Of a DNA stretch of 64,000 nt, positions 1 to 13,049 are shown piece after piece. The notes below the pieces were generated by a model. The model worked only from the letters and a program-made list of their open reading frames with translations. It searched no databases and had not been told where the DNA came from. Within the stretch, counting starts at the first letter, position 1, and the number at the start of each line of letters is the position of its first letter. The DNA is from Chiloscyllium plagiosum (lineage: Eukaryota). The stretch lies in NCBI RefSeq assembly GCF_004010195.1, contig NC_057751.1:9995457-10059456 (forward strand), in the 5' to 3' direction. The translations under genes were made by a program, and so were the position numbers.

Positions 1-461
1 CCTGTCCCCACATAATCTCTCCAACATTGTATAAGACCAGGGAAAATTGAACAGTTGGGAGGAGAACTGCCAAGCCACCAGCATGTAAAAAGACTGCCTG
101 AAAAATAGCTCTCTTAAAGTGCCTTTATCGATCAGTAACCTGTGAAGCAGAATCCCCAAAAAGAAGAAAAGAAGACAGGAATACAGAGAAAACTGAAAGC
201 TGCCTGGTTTTGAGATAATAAGTTTTGTTTTGTATATCTTAATCGAGTTTTATTGGTCTAGTATTATAGAAGGAAAGGAAAAAGATAGGTTAGAGGAAGG
301 AATTGTAAATAGTTGTTAGTTAATTATTCCCTGCCATATTTTAAGAAATTTGTTAATTTTTGCTTTAACTAGTTCTTAGCCTATTCAATTTTCACAGATT
401 GCTGCACTTTTCTGTGTTACTGGTTTAAGTTAAGCAGAAATGTTTACCCCATGTCATAACA
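1..461 (+). mobile_element. Possible 3' part of a solo LTR
   Basis: Ends in ...tttaccccatgtcataaCA, an LTR-like terminus; no internal coding sequence seen. Confidence 0.35.
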
Positions 462-1394
462 GCGGTGAAAGTGTGATTCAAGAGCTGATGCTGAGCAATT
501 GGGATGCTTGGTTGTTTGGAGAAATGACTTTTGCTTATGGGTCAGATGGATGGACCTCTGGAATCTCGATGAACCTCAGAACAGTGAGGATACCTCAGGC
601 AGTGTGTGTATCTGATGCTCGTTAGCTAGAATACATTTCCTCCTCTGAATTGGCTCTAAGTCTGTCCATTAAATCTACTATAGCAAAGTATTTCTGAAGC
701 TCTAACTGGAAAGGAAGTGTTGTTACTGGATTAAAACTGTGCCAGGTTTAAAAATATTTCTTTCTAGAATACAGATGAATAAGCTTACAGTTGGTGGAAG
801 ATGGGTTAATGATGGTGTAATCTGTGTTTAGAAGACAAAAACAAAATTCACTTCCTTATGCAAACAGTTTTCTGTTTTGGATTTATCACCTCTAGACTCA
901 CTGCTGTCATTGTCCTAAACTTATAATAAATGGAGGTTCCATGAAACACAACAGCAGCTTTTGGAACACTGATGTTAACAGGCATACATTTATGGCAAAT
1001 ATAGCTCAGGGATTCACATTCTCAACTCTCAGTCTCAACATATGAGTTGAAATGGCATTCCAGAGAATTGAGCACAAAAACTGAGGCCAACACTGCAGTA
1101 TTGTGCTGTCAGAAATGCTATTTTTCAGAGGAAGCTTTAAATTGTGGTCTCTTTTCCCCAGTAATGAAAATATACTAGATCCCAGGCGCTATTTTAAAGA
1201 TAATTGGGGCAGGGAAGGCTTATCCCCAGTATTCAGACTGGCAAATCTGTTTGGGATAGAGTGAAAGGGAGAATTCTGGTGAAACTATCAGAACAGGGCA
1301 GGGGATTGGGAGGGCAGGGCTGTGACTGGGAGTGGGGCCTTACCAGTTCTGCCTAATGGCAACCAGACTTTCAGGTCAGCCGCAAAATCTTTTT

Positions 1395-1720
1395 AAAATT
1401 TATTCACTTACGGGACATGGATATCTCTGGGTAGGCCAGCATTTATTGCCATCGCTAATCGCCCAGAGGGTATTTAATAGTCAACTACGTTTTTGTGGGT
1501 CTGGAATTACATGTAGGCCAGACAAGGTAAGGATGGCAGATTTCCTTCCCTAAAAGGCATTACTGAACCAGACAGGTCATTAAACTTTTAATTCCTGATT
1601 CTTTATTGAATTCAAATTAAGCTATTTGTCATAGCAGGATTTAAACCCTGCTCCTCAGAATTTTAATTGAGTTTCTGTATTAATAGTCTGTCTATAATAC
1701 CACTAGGCCATTGCTTCCCA
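1395..1720 (-). mobile_element. tRNA-derived SINE with LINE-type 3' tail
   Basis: Minus strand A-box-like tggcctagtgg and B-box-like gggtttaaatcc; tail ...aataaatgctggcc...gaataaa. A related copy at ~35262-35560 + 36230-36295 is split by a CR1. Confidence 0.6.
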
Positions 1721-1724
1721 AATA

Positions 1725-2260
1725 TGTGAGGGGAAGCAATCCCAGGCAAAGGTTGATATGGGGAAATAGTCCTAGAGCAGAGGCCAGCAAGAGGAATTTA
1801 GTCACAGAGTGGAGGTTAGTGAGGGCAAGCACTCCTGGGCAGAGGCCAATGCGAGGAAGCAGTACCGGAGCAGAGGCCAGCAGTCCTGGACTAATCTTAC
1901 CTTGGAGTCGGTACGGAGCTGAGTGAAGGCGTGGAGTGGAGTGGGACATTTGTTGGGCTGGGGTCTGGTTCAGCAGTCAGACCACATGTGGAAGACCCTC
2001 CACTCAGCTATTGCAATGTAATGTTTATGTGTAATTTGTTTATATGACTGTAATAACCATCCCTTTAATTGTGTCTTATTTCTGTAAAGTAATGCATCTA
2101 CGTTTCTTTTTTATTCCTCTTTTTGTATTGAAGATTTGTACCTAAATACTTGAAATTCAGATTGCGCCATGAGAGGCGACATTGTAAACCATTTCACTGT
2201 ACTCCTGTACATCTGTTCTTGGGAAAACATGCCAATAAAGGATATTCTATTCTATTCCTA
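1725..2260 (+). mobile_element. Non-coding retroposon with ~30-33 bp internal tandem repeats and (TTCTA)n tail
   Basis: Repeated gagg.aagcagtcc.gagcagaggcca units at 1728-1885; the 3' ~130 nt is similar to the end of the 33973-34658 element. Confidence 0.55.
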
Positions 2261-2788
2261 AACCCAAACTGCACACATGCTTGATTAGAAGCCAAGTCTG
2301 CAAAAAAACAAAACAAAAAAATCTTTATCCTTCAGTCAACTGCATTTAAAAGGGATTATTTCATCATTATCAAAATACTGTTTGTGGAAGCCAGCTATGC
2401 ACAAACTGGCTGTGTATTTACTTCACTGAAAGAAGAACTACACTCTGAAAGTACTCCTCTGGCTTCAAAGTGCTTAGGATTCCCTGATGCTAGGAGGAGC
2501 TCTCCTTGAGGTCCTTCTTGAGGACTGACCACTTGTTTTACTTGTACAGAATAAGGCAAAAATATATTTTGGTAGTCATGTTAAATGGACAGTATTGCAC
2601 TGAGCACTTTCTAGCTATATTCCATACCTTTGAAGTAAATTGAACTACAGATTGGGTATATTACTCGTATCGCTGCCAGTTTTGCATTGCAGTTGGTGTT
2701 GTAAACAATATCCGTATGTGTGAAACTGACAGATTACAAGATGATGCACATTATACAGGATCTCAGATACAGAATCTTTATGAGAACA

Positions 2789-3005
2789 CAGTCAGTTCTG
2801 ATAACACGTGATATTCCCTTCTCGTGCGATCTTGCATCATAAGAAAATCGCACAATAGCCATGCCACTTAAACTAATGGAGCCAGAATTACATTATTCCC
2901 AGTACACATAATGAAACTTTGCCTCTACAAATAACTGTCTAAATTCTTCAATTGCGCGACAGCGAATTCACAATGAAAAAACATGCGTTTTAGCAGAACC
3001 AACTG
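2789..3005. mobile_element. Tc1/mariner (pogo/Tigger-type) MITE
   Basis: Imperfect TIRs cagtcagttctgataac / gttttagcagaaccaactg; TA at 3006-3007 (CA on the left). Same family as 12740-12936, opposite orientation. Confidence 0.65.
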
Positions 3006-3679
3006 TAGTTCTACTTCAAGTCTTCCACTTCGGAGCTGGCATTCCCTATGATTGCAAAATTGTACAGAACATGTTACTGTGGTATTTTATACCTTCGAAA
3101 TAAAGTCTGTTGTTGTTTTTAAGGTCCCTGAGAGTCCTTTCTGGCCCAAGCACTGTGAAAGCCATCATGCCAGCATTAAGGCTGTTCATCAAATGCTGTG
3201 AGATGAAGAATGATTGGATGTGTTATCTTAGTTCTCTAATTCTGCCCATTGCATAATTTGGACATTGCCATTTCTATTAGGTTCGCTCGGTGCTCAGACG
3301 AGTTTGTTAGAAACACTGAATTTTGATATTTAGCAGTGCCTTGATAAATCCATTTTGCTTTAGTCACTGTTGTGACTTTGTTTCTTGTAATACGATGTGC
3401 TGTGTTGTTGGTCTTTGTCAGAAGGTTTTTAAGAATTTGTAGTGATTGTAACAAGGTCAGCCAGATGGATTTCATCTGAGTTCCCTGCATGGGGCTGTGA
3501 ATCAGGTCCAGTCAAGGAGCCCTGGCTGACAGATAGAAACGGGCATGTCAGAGATGCTGTCACTCTGGTGCCTGACTGTGAATGGAGCAGTACCAAAGTC
3601 AAAGACTGTACATGTGTAAACAAAGGGTGACTTGGTGCTGGGATACTGGGCTCTGTGGAGTTATTTCAAAAATTTTTCA

Positions 3680-3868
<189 letters not shown>

Positions 3869-5415
3869 TTAATTGATGAACTGAAGAGTGAAGAATTGGT
3901 ATAATCCAAGTCAATACAGAACTGGTTTACTGTTGAGGAGCAAAAGTAAGATATTGAGCCAAACTGTGTTTCAGGGGCAACCATTCACCGTACAGTACAG
4001 GACTGTTACTCACAGTTTCCTCAGTTGCCATCATTGTTTCAGGAGACAAATCATTCAAGCAGTGAATTTTCCTTCAGAAGTAGATTTGGAGTTTCTCAGA
4101 GAAACTGGAATACCGCACTGTTCATTAGCAAATTAAATTGAGGGTCTGATGTTCCTTTATTGAGTGTTTAGTTCCAACCTTAGTTCCAATTGCAATTCAT
4201 TGAGCATATACTTTTAAGAGAGAAATTAGAACATTTGGTAGTGACCAGTATTGGCCATAATCAAGAGGCCATAAAATTTAGAGATCAAGTGATGGCTGAG
4301 ATTGGAGAACGTAGCACCTGAAGAAGAAACGCTAGATACCTTGAACAGCCTTACATTATTTCAGTCACAAATTGTGGTGATACTTTACAGTAGGCAGTGT
4401 TGAATTATCTGTCATTTTTTTGTGTTTGTTTGTATTAAAGCAAACAAATATAATTTATGTGAATGCGGGAAGGGAAAAATATTCAGTAACATCAAATTCT
4501 AAGCCTTGAAGTGGTTAACCGTAAACAAATTGTTGTCAGACAGACAAAAGCTCAGTTCCAGTTTATTCTTTTGACATTATTTCACAATGAAATGACAAAT
4601 TGCAATTTTATTTTTCTATTTCTAGAATCACTAATCCACTGAACCAAAACCTAGGAGCGACCAGGTCCACTTAATAGGAACCTGGGACAACTCTATGACA
4701 ATAGGCTATCATGGAGTAACGTGAGAGTTAAAATCTATTATACCTATGCACTTGCTGTGTGCACATCAGCGCTGTATCACATCTGCTTGAAATTTGGCTT
4801 CAAGTTGGTGGCATGGCCCATTAATTTGGAGGTAGGCATTAATGCCTACGGTAACACAATGATTTGCAATACCACAGCAAATATTGGCTTCGGGTGAGTT
4901 TTATGCTGTAACAGTGTTTGTGATTGAAATCAGAGCCGAGTTGGTGAACATACGATCCCTGTGAGAATACAAGTCAAGTTATGGAGAAATTGTATAAATT
5001 TAGGCTGTTTCTTCACACATCCACATCAATAGCAGACTTTGAAGAAAGGCTGTACAGATTTGAAATTTTAAATGTAATATATCTCCACGGAGACGTTCAA
5101 ACAGGAATTAGTTGAATGTAACAATCTGTGCCTACTGTTTTATTGGCTTATACTTAAAACAAATATGTCAAATCATTCAGAATTTCTGGCGGAGGTGGTG
5201 CAGCTGTGGAGATCTTTAAGATTGGAGAATGGGGGGATCTAAGATGGTGGCGATCTGAGAAGATCGCACTGCAGAGCTTCGCATCGCAGCAGGAGCAGGA
5301 CGGTCCTTTAATCCGCCCAACCCAGGTCATCAGGATTTTTTGGGGCGTTGGAAAGTTTGTGGAGCCCCAAGAAACATTTAACAATTGACTTACATGTATT
5401 TTCAGCTGTCCAGAA

Positions 5416-6230
5416 ATGCCGAAAAAGGGAGGAGGAGCATCCGAGGCCGGATCTGCAGTTCAGCCTGCAGCAGCCTCGGAGCCAATTACTCTCCAGGACC
5501 TGGTGAACCAGCTCTCGAAATCTCGTGAGATGCTGGGGAAACAGATTGAAGAGAAACTGGCTCCAGTCTCTCTCATGCTGCAGAAGCATGAGCAGCAGCT
5601 GGGAGACCTGGAGAAGAGGACGGATGAGGTGGAGCACAGGGTCACAGTGATGGAAGCTGATGCCAGTTCATTCAAGGAAGAGATCCAAGCCCTGAAGACG
5701 CAGGTTCATAATTTGCGTGACCAAGTGGATGATCTTGAAAACAGGGGCAGGAGAAAAAACATTCGGATCATTGGTCTGCCTGAGAGTTAGGAAGGTGAGC
5801 GACCTGCGGAATTTGTTAAGATTGGCTTCAGAAATTTCTTGACTTGGAGGCTGGCATGAGAGGATTGAAGATAGAGAGGGCTCACTGGGTCGCAGCGCGG
5901 AGGTCGGGTCTGGATCAACGCCCTTGTCCTTTCCTGATGCGGTTCCATCATTACCGGGATAAGGAGAGAATCATGGAGGCTTACAGACTCCAGGGGAAGG
6001 ATCCAAAGGCCCTAATTTACAAGGGGTCTAAGATCATGTTTTTTCAGGACTTTTCAGCGGTGGTGATCCAGAAACGAAAATCATATGATGGTGTCAAGAG
6101 AGGACTGAAGGAGCTTGGGATTCAGTACTCCCTGAGATATCTGGCAGTGCTTCGGATCACCTCAGATGGATCCATGCATCTCTTTGACACATCGGAGAAG
6201 GCAAGAAGCTTTGTGGACAAACTAACCTAA
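5416..6230 (+). pseudogene. L1 ORF1 remnant (coiled coil + RRM/CTD, Transposase_22-like)
   Basis: DDLENRGRRKNIRIIGLPE, IERAH and FFQDFS motifs; broken by a stop and frameshift near 5788-5844. Confidence 0.88.
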
Positions 6231-6831
6231 TTTAAACAATTGTAGTATGTATAAATGCTGTTGCTTGGGTATGTGTTTGTCATTCTGTAAAAGAAATGGA
6301 GGAAATCCGGTTGGAGCTTTGTTTTTCCCTTTTGTTTTCCTCTATTGATAATAATTTGGTTCAAACTATGTCTGGCGGTGGTTAAGATGTACATTTTAAA
6401 TTTCTAAAATAGGATATACCAAAGGATAGGTGGAGTATTTATTTCCCCTTTTTTTAATAAAATATTTTTTTTTTATTCATATTGATATTCTATGGGGTGT
6501 TTATTTTTTTTAGCTTGTGCTTGCGATGCGGCTCTAGCTGGGAGAAGTGAAGGTGGTTGAGATGGTTATATGCCTATTTATGGGCAGTTCGGGATGGGTA
6601 GTTGCCCCCTCCGGGCAGGGGTGAGTTCCCCTACTCAGCACAATTGGCGCTTTATATGTTGGTTTGTTTTCTGGTTTTTGTTGTTTTTTATTTTTAATAA
6701 TTTTGTATGTTTGTTAAATGTAGTGGTTTTAGTTTATGTAGTTTTTATATTTGGTGGACCATGTGACACTAAGGCTCAGCAATTTGTGGTTCAGGTTCCT
6801 CTCTGGAACTTAAATGTAATTGCAGAAGATT

Positions 6832-9800
6832 ATGGCTAATGATTTGATTAAATGGTGTACCTGGAATATCAAGGGAAGTCACTCAATTAAGAGGAAGAAG
6901 GTACTCTTGAGTCTTAGAAAGGAGAAGGTGGATATCGCTTTGTTACAGGAGACACATTTGGATGACAAGGAGCATCTGAAATTACAGCAGAATGGCTTTG
7001 ACCGAGTTTATTTTTCATCATTTAATACCAGAAGTAGGGGATGGCTATACTGGTTAGGAAACATCTCTCATTTAAATTGTTGGAATGTGTTAAAGACACA
7101 TACAGGAGGTTTGTAATTATTAAAGCCTTGATAAATGGGGAAGAATATGGTGTTTTAAATGTTTATTGTCCCCCAGCTCATCCTATTAAATTCTTGGTAG
7201 ATGCTTTTTCTAAACTGATAAGTCTCAAGTCTCACCACATCATTATAAGGGGAGATTTTAACTGCCTCATGGACCCCACAGTAGACAGGTTGCCAAAAGG
7301 TCCCTCGATACCCTCTGCACAAACTAAACTGTTATTGGGTCTGTGTGGGGAATTAGGGTTGGTGGACGTCTGGAGGTGTCTCCACCCTACAGGTAGGGAT
7401 TTCACGTTTTTCTCCAATCCACATAGATGTCACACGAGGATTGATTTTTTTCTGACCCCTGCGGTAACCCTGGATCTGGTGGCATCCTGTACAATTGGTA
7501 ATATTGCCATCTCTGATCATGCTCCAGTGTACCCCCTGATTAAAATTAAGGATGTTACATTGGATTCAAGGTACTGGCGAATGGACCCCTTTATTCTCAT
7601 GGACAATAAGTTTGTGGACTATTTCTCTAGGGAATTTTGGGAATTCCTAGACATCAACATAGGCTCGGTTGATAGCTCATCTGTTCTCTGGAAAACTGCC
7701 AAAGCTTATGTCAGGGGGTTAGTTATTTCATATTCCACCAGTAGAAAGCGGCAGAAGGGTGAGCAGCAACGTCTCCTTGAAGCACGGTTGAAGGCAGCCA
7801 AGAAGGCCTATTTTGACAGACCTTCGTTGGTCAAACTACATAGGATTACGGCACTGCGGTCTGCACTAAATTCCGTGCTCACGCAGACGGCAAAGAAGGA
7901 GGTGGCTTTTGCTAAGCAAAGGTTATACGAGCATGATGACAAGCCAGGCAAATACTTAGCATACCTTGCCAGAAAGAGGAGTGCCCCACAAACCATTACA
8001 GCAATTAGGGAAGGGTCTGGGAACCTAACGTGATTCTAAAAAGATTAATGTGGCTTTCCAGAGATTCTACTCTAAGTTATATCAGTCTGAGAATTGTGAG
8101 GAGGGGCAGGCCAAAATGGAATCCTTTTTTAGAGATCTGAAGATCCTGGGTGTGACTCCCAAACAACAGTCCTTTCTCAATGCCCCGTTATCAGAGCAAG
8201 AAGTGCAGGAAGCTGTGAGGCAGCTTCAGAGTGGAAAGGTGCCCGGTCCTGACGGACTTCCCAGTGAATTCTATAAGAAATTTATAAGTATACTGTCAGG
8301 CTTGATGCTGAATATGTTTAATGATTCATACAGTCATGATTGTCTCCCACCATCTTTGAGAGAGGTCAATATTTCATTTATCCTTAAAAAAGGGAAGGAT
8401 GCAGAAGACTATGCTTCATACAGGCCCATCTTGCTCTTAAAAGTGGACTTTAAGATCCTCTCTAAGACTCTCGCATTCAGGCTGGAGACTGTGTTACTCT
8501 CTATTATTAAAGAGAATCAGACGGGCTTCATAAAGGGTCACAGATCCTCCAATAATGTTAGGAGGCTGCTTAACGTAATTCAAGCAGCCAATACAGGGAT
8601 TGGTGATTTCTTGAGATGCAGAGAAGGCATTTGACCGAGTTGAGTTGCCGTACCTTTTCTATACTCTAGACCGGTTTGGTCTGGGCCAAGTTTTCATAAG
8701 ATGGGTACCTCTTGCGGCGGTCATTACCAATGGCGTACGATCAAGCAATTTTAGTATTTCTAGGGGAAGTCGGCAGGGCTGTCCCCTTTCACCATTACTT
8801 TTTACGTTGGTGATTGAACCGTTGGCAGAGGCCATTCATGGGGATCTCAATATATCAGCTTCAGAAGTGGGGTCAAAATTACACAAGATCTCGCTGTATG
8901 CAGACGATGTTCTAATTTTCTTGACAAATCCAGCAGTTTCAGTGCCTTGCCTGATACAATGCATTCACGTGTTTGGCGCTTTTTCAGGGTATAAGATTAA
9001 TTTTGCTAAATCAGAGGCTATGCCTATGTGTGGTCTTACGAAAGAGTTGGCTCTTGAGAGTGACTATAGATTCCCATTTAGGTCGTCACAGGGGCGTTTT
9101 GTGTATTTGGGCATATTCATTACTCCAGTTCTGGATTGGCTGTTCAAAACCAATTTTACTCAATAATTTGAAAAAATTAAACAAGATCTGCAAAGATGGG
9201 AGGCACTTCCAGTCTCATGGTTGGGTCGGATAGCGCTTATTAAGATGAATATTCTCCCTCGTTTGCTATACCCTATATGGATGCTCCCCCTGATTTTCAA
9301 TAAACAAACACTCAGGAGACTGAACAGTTGGTTCAGCTCCTTTATCTGGCACTGTAAACGGCCCCACATTAAATTAGCCAAACTGCAGTTGCCTCACAGA
9401 TTGGGGGGAGTAGACCTTCCGGACATTAAAAATTACCAATTAAGCTTGCTTTTGACCTACGTGAGTGATTGGGTTTGTGGGAACCCTCTTTCAATATGGC
9501 TAGATATCGAAGCCTCCCAGGCAAGGTGCCCCCTTACCAGTTTGCTGTTTTTGGACAAGGTGAGGACAGTTAGGGAATATTGCCATAACCCAATAGTCAT
9601 CAATACTGTTAAAGCATGGAGGGCAATTCAGCAGAGAGAAGATAATATTAGCAAAACACCTTTGTTTACACCTTTAGTGGGTGTGCTAGGTTTTCAACCA
9701 GGTATGATCGATTCAGGATTTAAACGTTGGGCACCTAGGGGTATATCTTGCATGGGTGATTTATTTGAGGGAGACATAATGATGTCCTTCGGTCCGTTAG

Positions 9801-10567
9801 TACGAAAGTATGAGTTACCTAATAGAGACTTCTTTCGTTTTTTTCAAGTTAGGCATTTTATTCAAAAAAAGACCATACTTTTGACAGATCCCTACAAATC
9901 TGACATAGAAAGAGGGGTACTAAGGGCTAAGAGTACAGTCTCTGTCAGTACTTTATATCACCAATTGGGGGGTGCCACCTCAGATGAGTCTGATCAACTC
10001 TGCAAGATGTGGGAAAGAGAGCTGGGTGTTGAAGTTTCTTCAGAGGCTATTTGGGAGAATGCAAGGAAGATATCAATTTGCAATAGGACCCATGCTTTAC
10101 AGTTGAAGATTCTCCACAGGGTCCACTTAGCCCCAGGCCGTTTGTCAAAGTTTAAACCAGGGGTATCTTCAGCATGTCCCAAATGCAAGGTCTGCATGGG
10201 CACTCTTACCCATTGTCTTTGGTCTTGTGACAGGCTTCAAACATATTGGAGCGCTGTGGCGGGTGCAATGGAGAGGATTTTAGGTGTAGAGGTGGAGAAG
10301 GACCCTATTGTGCTCCTTTTGGGCCTACCCATTGTATTTCCTGCAGACGCCCATAAGAAAAAACTTTTCAATATTCTTACGTTCTGTGCAAGGAAGAATA
10401 TCTTGCTCGGTTGGATATCCGAAAACCTCCAGGCCTGTCGGGTTGGCGGAAAATTGTTGTGGAGCATATTCCTCTGGATTTTCTCACAAATGTGGTACAC
10501 CACAAAACTGAGAATTTTTACAAGACATGGCAACCCTTTATATAGCCGTAACAATTGTGTTTCATGA
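6832..10567 (+). pseudogene. L1 ORF2 remnant (APE endonuclease, reverse transcriptase, C-terminal zinc knuckle)
   Basis: TWNIKG, LQETH, GDFN, RIDFFL, SDHAPV (EN); PGPDG, RQGCPLSPLLF, YADD (RT); CPKC..THCLWSC. Split over several frames by indels and stops. Confidence 0.92.
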
Positions 10568-11644
10568 GTCCAATATCCAGGGAGGAGGAACTGTGAATGT
10601 ATGTGTGTTTTGTTTGGCTGGGCTGAGTTATTACTATTTATTTGTTTGTTGTTAGGTATTTATTTATTTAGTTAAATAGCTAGTTTAGGTTTTTCTTTAA
10701 TTTTATTCTTCTCTATATATGTTTATACATTCGTATAAGAGGGTGGGTTGGGAAATTTTTTTATTATTTGCGTTTAGTTTTGAAATATTTTTGTACTGTT
10801 TTGAATTGCATTGTTTTGTATTTGTTGTAATATTTAAAAATCTATTTTTTCTTAATAAATATATTATAAAAAAGTGGAGAATGGGGTTTCAATCCCACAC
10901 TCATTTCCAACTGATATAATTTTCATTGTTAAAGGAAAGGGGACAGGGTGTGAATCACACAGATAGGAGATGGGAGCTCAGCAGTACCATTTGACTTTTG
11001 TTCTGAATTGTAAAATACCTCATTTTTGCTGTTCCAGGGCTTTACGAGCAATATAAGAATCATGAATTTGTGAAAAAGACAGAATCACTCTTGAAGGGCA
11101 GACAAATTCTTTTTGAATCTCATGGTCTGAAGTTATTTAAATCCCCAGCCCTTAGGAATAAAAGGACTGCAGTGTTCACCTCGAATTACAAAAAAATCTC
11201 CTTGCATACTGCTGGACCACTTTGATTGACAGGCCATCTTGCATATCTTTAAAAAGCTATCACCATCTGTTAGTGCAGATTTATATGAGTTCATTTTTGA
11301 TATTTCCCAAGAGCTGTTGTTATAGCTGAGTGTCTTCTGAATACTTGGCTGAGTTTTAAATATTTCATGTTTTGAAAATATCTAATGTCCCAAGGTCCAC
11401 AGCTTTTGGAGAAGCTTTTGTGGATTATCACTACCCTCTATGTGAAAAATAGTTTCCTCATTTCACTTAGCTTTGTTGATACTATTTAAGGTACCAGAAC
11501 ACATGCTCAGGACTGTATCAGGTGTTAGTCTCATCAGTCTGTACCAATGAATTGAATCACGGATAGTGTGAACTGATAAATTAGTGGGGAGAAACATTAA
11601 CAATCAAGTTGGAGCAATAAATCTCTCAAAAGAATTTCACTGAC

Positions 11645-11719
11645 TTTTTCCCAGTGGTGGCAAATATTCGTCTGGTTCTGTCTCCTCTGGAATCCTCCCA
11701 TCAGGTTTCTTGGGGATAA
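11645..11719 (-). CDS. AEBP1: AEBP1-like coding exon (75 nt, phase 1-1): FIPKKPDGRIPEETEPDEYLPPLGK
   Basis: Strong acceptor ctgttttgtattttgcAG, donor A|GTCAGT. Terminal A plus AA of the next exon gives the Lys before CPPLG. Confidence 0.8.
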
Positions 11720-12739
11720 CTGCAAAATACAAAACAGTATGTCACCACAGCCATATTTCTTGTATATCCCAATTCTCTGAATCACCAGTATACAGTATAT
11801 GTTGTTACGATTTAAATTTTGGGTGACCAGGCCATGTTGTAACTATTAACTGAAGATCCAATATAGACTGCAACCATAAATTCCAGTGTCCAGACTTTAA
11901 ACAGCCGAGGACTTAGTATGTCTTTCTTTTCCGATTTTCTTCCTTTTTGAAGGCACTGAGTGTTGAAGGAATTTTGTGTGGTTCCGTGGCCGTGAAAGAA
12001 TATCCAAGTAGCCAGTCCTTGAAGGTGGAATTTCTGGAGGGTAGTTGATTCTGCCTTTATTTGATATTCACACATGCATGTTTTCTGGCAGAGGTCAATG
12101 AATCATGGTCAGCAACGGAAATGCTCACTTTGTGTCTTCATTTGCATTAGTTGGTGCTGAAGACAAAAATATTGTGTCAAATGCAACTGGACCAAGGATC
12201 ATACCTTGGATCTCCTAGTCTCAGTAAGATAAGGCATATCAAGTGAAAAAGTTGTGAACACTCGAATTCCAGGCATTCAATTTAAAGTACACTTAACCCA
12301 CTTGTTATTCATATGTCAGTTAATTGTCTCAGACATTGCACATGACTGATTGATACTGTTTAAAATTACTGAAATGATGGGATAATGCTGATCCGAACCA
12401 TGAAAGTCATCATGCTAATTTAGGGAAAATTGTATGGCAAAACCTTCATTACAGTAATAAGTTCACACAAATATGTTCAAATGTAGAAGCTGCTTATTAT
12501 CATTAAGGTGCACAACATTTCTGTTCAGAAAGCTGCAAATCCAAACAGTGCTCCAGTGACAGAAACATTAACAATTGAATTCTCGAGTGATTGCTATCTT
12601 CTGATTACTTGTGAAATATGTTGCTTGAAACATGAATTCCCCTTTCCACCCACTTCAGTCTTTCTGGTTTCATTGACTTCTCCATCAATAAAAAGACTTG
12701 GGCAAAGAATTTCAATGGTGTTACTCAAACTCAGAAGTA

Positions 12740-12936
12740 CAGGTAGTTCTTCTGTAATGTGTGTTTCTTCAGCACGAATTGGGTATAACATGACTGATGA
12801 ATTGTGCACGTTGTTTGCACAACACGAACTTTCTGCTGAATGGCTATATCGGGTTTTTTGAAACGTGATCTACAGTGCGATTTCTACAGCAGTTTCCTAA
12901 AGGAACACAACTGTTTCATTATAGCAAAATGACCTG
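12740..12936. mobile_element. Tc1/mariner (pogo/Tigger-type) MITE
   Basis: TIRs caggtagttcttctgtaatg / cattatagcaaaatgacctg flanked by a TA duplication (12738-39, 12937-38). Confidence 0.72.
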
Positions 12937-13049
12937 TACTAACAGCCTTTTCCAATCCTCCAGATTGCTCCACCAATTTCTTTTTATGCCATGTACATCA
13001 GCTACATGGCATGAGGTCCAGATGACACACTTCACAAGACTGAGCTCAA

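Larger units (their letters stand above)
1000..2500 (+). mobile_element. Old DeuSINE/SacSINE1-like element, split by nested insertions (head ~1000-1240, tail ~2310-2500)
   Basis: Deu-domain-like gatcccaggcgctatttt...ggggcaggg and tail ctgtttgtggaagc...aagtact...aaagtgcttagg. A similar tail lies at ~38750-38915. Recognised from memory of the consensus; highly diverged. Confidence 0.45.
5231..10873 (+). mobile_element. Near-full-length, inactivated L1-clade LINE, antisense within the host intron
   Basis: 5' GGGGGG..AAGATGG start; ORF1 and ORF2 remnants; AATAAA at 10854-10859 and a short A tail; TSD core TGGAGAATGGGG at 5223-5234 and 10875-10886; TT|AAGA endonuclease-like site at 5216-5221. Confidence 0.93.

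Noticed and set aside
1728..1885. Spaced ~31-bp repeats resembling a CRISPR-like array
   Set aside because: Degenerate head-to-tail minisatellite with no unique spacers, inside a eukaryotic retroposon.
3236..3630. Overlapping short ORFs just downstream of the discoidin exon
   Set aside because: No GAWC/TQGR discoidin motifs, no good splice pair and no recognisable family.
7041..10567. 330-aa and 448-aa ORFs as host genes or an active retrotransposon
   Set aside because: Fragments of L1 ORF2 separated by stops and frameshifts; no sign of domestication.
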